This document shows positions 49,330 through 58,832 of a stretch of DNA of 64,000 nucleotides, piece by piece (positions within the stretch are counted from its first letter, which is position 1; every line of letters starts with the position of its first letter). Position numbers and translations under genes: made by a program. A model generated the notes under the pieces. That model was not told the origin of the DNA, ran no database searches, and saw only the letters and a list, made by a program, of their open reading frames with translations. Location: the NCBI GenBank assembly GCA_014905635.1, contig CM026548.1, positions 1,488,001 through 1,552,000 of the forward strand, written 5' to 3'. The stretch comes from Scenedesmus sp. PABB004. Its lineage: Eukaryota.

Positions 49330-50813
49330 CGGGGGTACGGGCGTAAACTCACGCCTCCGGCGGCGGCGCAGGCGGACAGCGACGAGCCCCGGGCAGCGCG
49401 CGCCGCAGCCTGCCCGCGCCGCCCCCGCCGGCGCCGCCAGGCTCCCCCGGCGCGCGGGCAGGCGTGATTTGCGCCGGCCGCACCGTCTCACGGTCCCGGC
49501 GCTGGGCCCGCGGGTTTGCGGCGCTGCTGTCAGCCTCGGCGCGCTCAACCCTGCCGCTCGTGTCGGCGCCCCAGAGCTCGGTGACAGTCCGCCCAGGGTA
49601 CGGCGCGTGTTTTACCGAACATCCCTGCGCCGCGCCGCACCGGCTGGCCTTGAAGATCTCTGGCTCGCTCGGCGCGGCCGTGCATCGGCCTGGCACCTGC
49701 GTGGAGCGCCTGCGCACTGCGTGGTGCTGCACGCGTGCCAGCCGCGTGCGCCGGCCGCGTGCCGCGGGCGGCGCCCTGCGCGGCGGCACGGCGGCGCAGC
49801 GGGCGCGCGGGGTGCGTGAGCGCGCGCGGGCGCCGGCGCCTCCCTCGCGCGCCGCGCGGGCGGGCGGGCAGGGCGCGCCACGCCGGGTCCCCTGCGCGGG
49901 GAGGGTGGGAGGGAGTCGCGGGCACTACGAGGCGGCGGCGCGCGGGGCGGGCAGCGGGGCATAGTTGGCGCGTGAGCGGCAAGCGGCGAGCGCGCGGCGT
50001 GCGCGCGGCGGAGGGAGGGAGGAGCGCGGCGCCGCCAAGCACGCGCGCGGCAGGCGGGGCGCGCGGCCCGCGGCCCCCCACTGCGGGGCGCTGCACGACT
50101 GCGTGTGCGCAGCACACGGTCGCGTAGCGCCCCGCAGGGGGGGGGGCCGCGCCCGGCGCCCGGCGCGCGGCCCCCCTCTTCAACAGCAGAGGCAGCGCGG
50201 CGTCACTGAGCTCGGCTCGCCCGCCTCGGCCGCGGCCGCCTCGTCAGCAGCGTGCTGATCGCTGCCGCCGGATAAGCTTGCTGTTCACTCGGTGGCGGAT
50301 TATGTGATGGACATCTGGAAGATGCGGGACACCGTCCTTAAGGGGCGCGGGACCAATGGGCGCGAGCCTGTGGTGTAACTATCTTTGTCTTTGTCTTTTT
50401 AAACGCCGCCACCGGTGGCGCGGCGACCGGCACCGGCCAGATGGCCGGCAGCGCCGCCAGCACCGCCAGCGCCGCCGCCGCGCTTCCTGCTGACCGCCTG
50501 TCGGGCGGGGCCGCGCGGCAGCGGCAGCGGCCGGCGGTGTGTGGGCGGCAGCGGCGGGGGGGGGGGGGGGGGGGCGGCAGCGCCTGCAGCGGCAGTGATT
50601 GCCCGGGCCACCTGCGTCACGGCGGCGCAGCGAAAACCGCCGCTCGGCGGCGCTGCGCGGGGGCATCCCCGCCGCCTGCGCAGCCCGCGACCAGACAGCG
50701 ACCAGCCCTCGACACCCGCGCCCGGCCACGCCTTCGCTGCGACACCCCGCGCCAACCGCCGAGCGGCGCCGGCGCCGCGCGCAGGCCGCGCGCCCCCGCG
50801 GCGGGCCGGCGAC

Positions 50814-51301
50814 ATGCTGGGCCACAGCCTGAGCCTTGACGGCGGCAAGGGCAGCGCCGGCGGCGCGGCGCCGGGCGTCTGGGCGGCGGCGGCGGCGACG
50901 GCGGCGCAGCAGCAGCCCGGCGCGCCGGCGCCGCACCAGGCGGCGGCGGGCCCGCCGCAGGCGCCGGCGGCGGACGAGCACCTGTTCCACACGCCGCCCG
51001 ACATGCTGTGCCCCATCACGCTGCTGCTCGCCGGCGCGGCGGGGTGCGGCCGCAGCAGCGCTGCTCGCTCGCCGCCGCGGGACGGGGCGGCCGCGCCGGC
51101 CGGCGGCAGCGGCCCCCACGCGCCCCCAGGAGTCTCACGCGCCCCCAGGAGTCTCACGCGCCCCCAGGAGGCCCACGCGCCCCTGAACCTGCTCCGCCGC
51201 CGCAACCGCCGCAGGGCGGCGGCGCTGCTGCGCCGACGGCGCGCCGGCCCGCCGGCGGCGCCGGAGCCGCAGCCGCACGCGCAGCAGCAGCAGCCGCCGC
51301 C

Positions 51302-51356
<55 letters not shown>

Positions 51357-52590
51357 CCGGCGCCGCACGCCGTCGAGGCTGAGGTGGCGCGGCTGCGGGC
51401 CGCGTACGGCGCGATGGCGGCAGACTTCTCCCGGCACGGCCTGGACCTCGCCGCCGTCGCGGACGCGGGCGCGTGGTTTGACACGGCCCCCACGCCGCCC
51501 TGGCCGCGCGCGTATTCTGGCTTCCGGCCCAAGCCGCTGCCGCCCGGCGCGGTGCGCCTGGTCGTGGTGCCGCTCGCGCCCGCCGCGCCGCGGCTCGCGG
51601 GCGCGGCGCTGGGGCTGGCGCGCGAGGTCATGGCGGCGCTGCCGGGGTGCAAGGTGCGCGCCGCCGCTCGCCGCTTGCCGAGGGCGGCGCCCGCGCCCGC
51701 GCCGCGCGCGCCGCGCCGCGGGCGTCCGCCGCCTGCCCGGCCGACGCCACACGTGCGCCGCGCCGCGCCGCGCCGCGCGGCAGGTGTTTGCCAACGCGCG
51801 GCAGAACCTCCACATCACCCTCTTTCACTTCAGCCACCCGGCAGACACGCGGCCGGACGCGATGTGCCCGCGCAGCGGCCTCGGCGGCGCCACGGCGGCG
51901 CCGCCGGCGCCCGCCGAGCGCCCGGGGCCGACGCCGGCACAGGTCGCGGCGGAGCAGGCGGCGGCGGCGCGCGTCGCGGCCGCGGCGCAGCCGTTCACGC
52001 TGACGGTGCGCGGGCGCGCGCGCGTGGGGGCGGCGGTGGAGCGCGTCCCCGCCCGGCGCCGGCCGGCCACCCGCCGCCGACGCGCGCCTGCACCCGCACC
52101 GCCGCCGCCGCCCGCAGCTGGAGCGCGTGCTGCTGGCGCGCTCGGGCGTGCTGCTGCTGCTGTGGGTGGACGCCAGCGGCGCGGTCACGCGGCTGCGGCG
52201 CGCGCTGGCGGCTGCGTTCCCGGGCGCCTGCAGCCGGCAGGCGTCGATCATTCACACAAGCGTGCTCCGCGTCGTCGCAACGCCGGCGCCCGGCGGCGAG
52301 GCGGGCGGGCAGCTGGACGCCGGGTCAGTCGCGGCGATCGACGCGGCGTGCGAGCGCTGGACGGCCAAGGTGGGCAGGCGCGGGCCGCGCCGGGGCGGCC
52401 GCGCCGCCGCACACAGCGCGCGCGCCGCCCGACGCGGCCTCGGGGCCGACACCGTCGCCGCGGGCGCCGCGCGCAGCTCCGCGGCACGCCGCTGCACGTG
52501 GCGCAGCTGTGGTGGGTCGAGGAGCGGACGTTCAGCACGATCGAGGGCGAGCGCCTGCCCCTGGCGCTGGGCAACGGGCTGCTGAACTAG
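50814..52590 (+). CDS. 2H-phosphoesterase (LigT/CPDase-like) protein with chimeric N-terminus derived from the U-box gene
   Basis: Two His motifs, NLHITLF and IIHTSVL, on spliced exons. The N-terminal exon carries DEHLFHTPPDMLCPITL and a polyQ tract. Stop TAG at 52590 followed by TGTAA. Confidence 0.7.
51117..51183 (+). repeat. 19-bp tandem repeat x3.5 (cacgcgcccccaggagtct)
   Basis: Units 51117-51135, 51136-51154, 51155-51173 plus a partial unit. Confidence 0.9.
51303..51353 (+). repeat. (CAG)n poly-Gln tract
   Basis: About 17 Gln codons. Confidence 0.95.
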
Positions 52591-52618
52591 CTGCAGCACG
52601 CCGTGAGCGCAGCGCTCG

Positions 52619-52623
52619 TGTAA
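52619..52623 (+). promoter_or_regulatory. TGTAA polyadenylation signal of the 2H gene
   Basis: About 28 nt after TAG 52590. Confidence 0.5.
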
Positions 52624-52703
52624 TCAGTCGCACGCTCTCTCTCTCACCGTCAGCGCTCGGCTGGCAGCACTCTGCCGGCGCGGGTGCGAGCGCCCGACGC
52701 GCA

Positions 52704-54639
52704 GGCGCGCCGGCGGGTGCGCTGGACGGCGGGCGGGCGGCGCGGGAGTGGGGCGTGCGCGGCGCGCCGCGGTGTGGTCCTGGCCGCGCTGCGGGTGTCC
52801 TGACGTGGCCGCCGGTCGCCCTGCTGTGCGCGCGCGGCCTGCGTGCACTCCGACGACGTGCAGTCACGCGCCCGTCATCCGCGGCGCGGCTGCTTGGGAC
52901 CGCCGCCCGCTGCCAGCGGCCCGCCAGCGGCGGCCCGCCAGGGGCTGCGGCGGCAGACGCGCCTCGGTAGCAGCCGGTCCTGGGCGGTGAGTTGCGCGCC
53001 TCGTCGTGGCGGCAGCAGCACCGCACCGACTGCTGGCAGGCTCGTGCTGCCCCAGCCCTCACATCGCCCGGTGCTGTCGGGGGCGGGGGAGTCAGCAGGC
53101 CTGACGCCGCCCCACGCCGCCCTGGCCGGGCGCTTGCGCAGCGGGCTTCGGTCCCTCGCCGCTGCCGCCCGGCGCGGTGCGCCTGGTCCTGGTGCCGCTG
53201 GCCCCGCCGCACCGCGGCTCGCGGGCGCGGCGCTGGGGCCAGCGGCACGCTGAGCACTCGGGTACAAGGGCGCGCCGCCGCTCGCCGGGCCGGCCGTGGC
53301 AGGTGAGGCGTCTGCTGCTGAAGCCGCCGCCGCAGCGGTGGCGCTCGTGCGGGCGCGGCGCCGAGCACGGCGCGAGCTGCGCCCGCCGTCCCGCGCGCGG
53401 GCGCTCGCTGCCAGCGGCGAGGGGCGCTGCCTGCTGCTTCCAGGGCGCTCTGCCGCGTCGTAGCAGCTTCAGCAGTCGATATCACGCCCCGCGAGCCGGA
53501 GCCGGCTGCTGCTGGGCGGGGGCGGCCGGCGCGGCGCCGGCATGTCCCGCGCCGCCTGAGCTCGCGAGCCTTCAATCGCACGATCTCGCCCCGCTGGCGC
53601 GCTGGGAGCTTAGACGACATGCCCAGGTACATCGAGGCACCAGGGGGAATCGTGGGTATGGGGGTCTACGCGGAGCACTCGACGCCGCCGCTGTTCGCTC
53701 GCTGCTGGCGCGGCGGTGACCCCCATACTCACGATTCCCCCTGGTGGCTCGATGTACCTGGGCATGTCGTCTAAGCTCCCAGCGCGCCAGCGGGGCGAGA
53801 TCGTGCGATTGAAGGCTCGCGAGCTCAGGCGGCGCGGGACATGCCGGCGCCGCGCCGGCCGCCCCCGCCCAGCAGCAGCCGGCTCCGGCTCGCGGGGCGT
53901 GATATCGACTGCTGAAGCTGCTACGACGCGGCAGAGCGCCCTGGAAGCAGCAGGCAGCGCCCCTCGCCGCTGGCAGCGAGCGCCCGCGCGCGGGACGGCG
54001 GGCGCAGCTCGCGCCGTGCTCGGCGCCGCGCCCGCACGAGCGCCACCGCTGCGGCGGCGGCTTCAGCAGCAGACGCCTCACCTGCCACGGCCGGCCCGGC
54101 GAGCGGCGGCGCGCCCATGTACCCTAGTGCTCAGCGTGCCAGGCCCCAGCGCCGCGCCCGCGAGCCGCGGCGCGGCGGGGGCCAGCGGCACCACGGCCAG
54201 GCGTACCGCGCCAGGAGGCGGCGGCTTGGTGTGGAAGCCCACGCACCGGCCAGGCGGCGCAGGCCTGCTGACTCCCGCGCCCCCGACAGCACCGGGCGAT
54301 GTGAGGGCTGGGGCAGCACGAGCCTGCCAGCAGTCAGTGCGGTGCTGCCGCCACGACGAGGCGCGCAACTCACAGGACCGGCCGCTGCCGAGGTGCGTCT
54401 GCCGCCGCAGCCCCTGGCGGGCCGCTGGCGGCGGGCGGCGGTCCCCAGGCAGCCGCGCCGCGGATGACGGGCGCGTGACTGCGCGCGTCGTCAGAGTGCA
54501 CGCAGGCCGCGCGTACAGCAGGGCGACCGGCGGCCACGTCAGTACAACCGCAGCGCGGCAGGGCCACACCGCGGCGCGCCGCGCACGCCCCGCACTCCCG
54601 CGCCGCCCGCCCGCCGTCCAGCGCACCCGCCGGCGCGCC
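52704..54639. repeat. Long inverted repeat/foldback: arms ~52704-53666 and ~53718-54639, 51-nt loop
   Basis: The arms are reverse complements. ORFs 52532..53632(-) and 53716..54936(+) share about 124 identical translated residues. Centre reads gtatgggggtc[loop]gacccccatac. Confidence 0.95.
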
Positions 54640-54697
54640 CAGCGACCGCACCGCCACAGGCTCCAGGCACCACACGGGCCCGATCGCGCGGCGCGCC

Positions 54698-57600
54698 ATG
54701 GACCCCGCCACGGTGCGCCCCACGCGTCGCCCGGCAATGCCCCGCGTGCCCTGCGCCCGGCTCCGGGACCCGCCGGCCCGGCGCGCCGCCGGGGTGGGGC
54801 TCATCCCTCGCCCCCGCTGCTGCTGCTGCCGCCCCGCCCGCCCGGGCCGCCCGCGGCCCGCAGACGCGCCCGAGCAGCAAGCATGACGCGCCCTACTGGA
54901 CCACCAACAGCGGCGCGCCGGTGTGGAACAACCTGAACAGCCTCACCGTCGGCCCGCGCGGCCCCATCCTGCTTGAGGACTACCACCTCGTGGAGAAGCT
55001 GGCCAACTTTGACCGCGAGCGCATCCCCGAGCGCGTCGTCCACGCGCGCGGCGCCGCGGCAAAGGGCTTCTTCGAGGCGCGCGCGCGCGCCGCAGCGCCG
55101 CGCGGCGCCGCGCCGCCGCTGCCGCCGCCGCCGCCGCCTGCGCCCAACGCCGCGCCGCCCCACGCCGCCGCCGCAGGTGACGCACGACGTGAGCCACCTG
55201 ACCTGCGCCGACTTCCTGCGCGCGCCGGGCGTGCAGACGCCCGTGATCGTGCGCTTCAGGTGCGCACCTGCGCACGGGCCGGGGGGCTGGGCGGGGCGCT
55301 GCGCCCCGCTCTCGTGCCCCGCCGCGGCCCCTGCCTGCCCCCCCCCCCCACACACACACACCCGCCCGCCCCGCGCGCCCCGCCCGCCCCGCCCGCCCCA
55401 CGCGCGCAGCACGGTCATCCACGAGCGCGGCAGCCCCGAGACGCTGCGCGACCCGCGCGGGTTTGCGGTCAAGTTTTACACGCGCGAGGGCAACTTCGAC
55501 CTGGTCGGCAACAACATGCCGGTGCGACCCCGGCAGGGGTGGTGGGGTGTGTGGGGGGGGGGGGGGGTGAGGGAGGCGTGGTGGTGGTGGGGTGTGAGCG
55601 AGGCGGGCGCGCTGGCGCGGGCCGGCCGGCGGCGCTGCCGCTGCGCCAGCGCGCGGCGCCCGCGCCCGTCCCCCCCGCCCCGCCGCCCACTAAACCCGGC
55701 CTCGTCCCTCGCTCGTCCCTCGCCCACTAAACCCGGCCTCGTCCCTCGCCCCGCCGCAGGTGTTTTTCATCCGCGACGGCATCCAGTTCCCCGACATGGT
55801 CCACGCGCTCAAGGTGCGCGGCTGGCTGTGGCGCCTGTGGCGCCGGGCGGGCAGGAGGGCAGGGAAGCGGGGCTGGCTGCACCGCGCACGCTGCGCCGCG
55901 CCGCGCCCCCCGCCCCAACATGCCTGCCCCGGCACGCACCTTCGCCCGCGCGCGCGCGCGCGCGCGCAGCCCAACCCCAAGTCCCACATCCAGGAGGGGT
56001 GGCGCATCGCCGACTTTTTCAGCCACCACCCCGAGGCCCTGCACATGGTGCGCGGGCGCGGCGTGCGAGGCCCGCGCGCGCGCGCCCCGCCCCCCTCTCT
56101 TGCTGCCCCTCCCGCTCCTAAACCCTCGCCCGCCCGCCCCGCCCCTAAACCCTGCCGCCAGTTTACGTTCCTGCTCGACGACGTGGGCGTGCCCCTCAAC
56201 TACCGCCACATGGAGGGCTTTGGCGTGCACACCTTCACGCTGCTCGCGCCCTGCGGCCGCGAGACGCTCGTCAAGTTCCACTGGAAGCCAACCTGCGGTG
56301 CGGGGGGGGGGGGGGGGGTGGCGGCTGCGGGGCGGGCGTGGCACTGCCGCTGCCGCTGCTGCCCACCCCACCCACCCACCCACCCACCCACACACGCACA
56401 CGCACACGCACCGCCGCCCAGGCGTCAAGTGCCTGCTGGAGGACGAGGCGGTCGCCGTGGGCGGCGCCAACCACTCCCACGCCACGCAGGCGCGGCCCGG
56501 CGCGGCGCGGCGCCTGGCCGCACGCCCCGCGCGCCGCTCGCCGCGCGGCCGTCCGCCCTGAACCCTGCCCCCCTGCCGTCGCCCTAAACCCTGCCCCCCC
56601 CCCCCCACAGGACCTGTACGACGCCATCGCGGCGGGCGACTACCCCGAGTGGACGCTGCACATCCAGACCATGGACCCCGCGGACCAGGACAAGTGCGGG
56701 CGCGGCGCGGCGCACGCGGCGGCGCGCGGCGCGCTCGGTAGCCGCGCCTTCGTCGCCCGCGCGCCGCCGCGCCCCCTCTCCCCCTCCGCCCCCTTCCAAC
56801 ACCCCCCCCCCCCTCTACCACCCCCCCCCCCAGGTTTGACTTTGACCCGCTCGACGTGACCAAGACGTGGCCCGAGGACGCGTTCCCGCTGCACCCCGTA
56901 GGGCGGCTCGTGCTGAACCGCAACCCCGACAACTTTTTCAACGACAACGAGCAGCTCGCCTTCTGCCCCGCCCTCGTCGTGCCCGGTGCGCGGGCGGGAG
57001 GATGCGGCCGGGGGGGGGAGCAGGCGGCCGGCCGGGCGCTGCGCTGCGCTGTGGGCCGCGCTTCCCATCCCCCCCCCCCCGCACACCCACTCACACTCGC
57101 ACACCCACCCGCACCCCCCCCCCCCGCGGCGCGCCCTAGGCGTGAGCTACAGCGACGACAAGCTGCTCCAGACGCGCATCTTCTCCTACGCCGACACGCA
57201 GCGCCACCGCCTGGGGCCCAATTACCTGCAGGCGCGCCCGCCCGCGCACACCACGCGCGGCTGCCCCGACCCCGCGCGCGCCCGCGCTGCCCCGGCCCCG
57301 CGCGCGCCGCGCGCCGCGCGCCGCCCGCCTGCCCGCCGGCGCGCCGCCTCACGCCGCCCCCTTTCTCCCTGCCCCACCCCGCGCAGCTGCCGGTCAACGC
57401 GCCGCGGTGCGCGACGCACAACAACCACCACGACGGGGCCATGAACTTCATGGAGCGCACCGAGGAGGTCAACTACTTCCCCTCGCGGTGCGCCAGCGCG
57501 TGTGTGTGTGTGGGGGCCCTGGCAGGGCTGGCAGGGCGGGCGGAGCTGGGCGAGCGGGGCGGGCGGGGCGGGCCGCGCGGGGCGCGACGGCACCCCGTGC

Positions 57601-58094
57601 TAGTGCCGCCCTGTGCCACGACCCACGCCGCCGCTGCGCCGCACGCGCCGCCGCACGCGCGCAGGTTCGACCCCGTGCGCCACGCCGCGCCGACGCCGCA
57701 GCCGCGCGGCGTGCTGTCGGGGCGGCGCGAGCGCGCGACGCTGGCCAAGGAGAACAACTTTGCGCAGCCCGGCGCGCGCTGGCGCAGCTGGGACGCGGCG
57801 CGCCAGGAGCGCTTTGTGTCGCGCATGGCAGACATGCTCACTGACCGGCGCTGCACCCAGGCGCGCGCGGCGCGGCGGCGCGGCGCGGCACATGCGGGCC
57901 GCGCGGCCGCGGCGGCGCATCTCTCGCCCGCGCCTGCAGCCCGCGCGCGCCCACGCTGCGCCGCCCTCCCGCCCCTCCCTGCCTCCCTGCCCTCGCAGGA
58001 GATCCGGCGCATCTGGGTCGGCTACTGGTCGCAGGCCGACCCGCAGCTCGGGCAGCGCCTCGCCGCCAAGCTGCAGGCCGCCGCGGCGCTGTGA
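54698..58094 (+). CDS. CAT: Monofunctional heme catalase, plant/algal type, 14 exons
   Basis: MDPAT 15-nt first exon; [54 protein letters not shown]. Confidence 0.98.
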
Positions 58095-58832
58095 GCGCGC
58101 GCGGCGCGGCGCGAAGAGGTCGTGTCGGGCGCCGGGCGGTGGTGTGACGGCGCGTTGAGTTTTGCGAGGGCCTTTTGCCCGTGGCTGTGCGTGCGTTGCG
58201 GTCGCGCGTGTGTGCTGCGCAGGTGGCGGTCGGTCGGCGGGGTCGGCGGCGGGCGGGGTGATCGGCGTCGGGGCGGCGGGGGCGGGGGCGGGCAATCGGC
58301 GCGTGAGCTGCAGCCCCGATGGCAAGCGCGTCGCGACTCGCGGCGCGGCGGCGGTGGGGCAGCTCCGTGCAGCAGGACCCGGGAGATGAAGCTGCGCGCA
58401 CCTGGCGAACCCGCCCAGCGCGCTTATCGGTCACTCCCCGCCGCCCCGATCGCACTCCCCAACTCGCCAACTCTCTCGCGCTCGGAGAGCGAGACAGCGC
58501 ACGCCGCAGCAGCGCTTCGCGCGAGCGCGCTCGCCGGTGTGCGCTGCTGGCGCGCGCCCGGCCCCGCTGCGCGCTCCTCGCGCGCGCGTGCACGCGCGCC
58601 GGCGCAGAGGCAGCGGCAGCGGCAGCCGCGGCGGCAGCGCGGCAGCGCGGCAGCAGCGGTTGCCGCCGCCGCCCGCTGCTCGGGCGCGCCGGCAGCTGCC
58701 GCCGCCGCCCTGGGCGCCCTCGCCCCGCCCACGCCCGCGCGCCACCGCCCGCCCGGCGCCGCAGGTGGTCCCGCGCGCGTCCGCTCCGCACCCGGCAGCA
58801 CGCAACCGCCGCGTGCGGCACGCCTGCGCAGC

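Noticed and set aside
48930..50327. Autonomous DNA transposon defined by the 53-bp inverted repeats
   Set aside because: No transposase and no target-site duplication; better explained as part of an inverted duplication with internal deletion.
51117..51183. Possible CRISPR-like repeat
   Set aside because: Units are directly tandem with no spacers; eukaryotic context; no cas genes.
53716..54936. ORF 'MYLGMSSKLPARQRG...' appearing twice on opposite strands
   Set aside because: The duplication is simply the inverted repeat; the translation has no coding-like composition.
57660..57680. GGTTCGA T-loop-like motif suggesting a tRNA
   Set aside because: It is the catalase intron/exon junction (cag|gttcgac); no cloverleaf.
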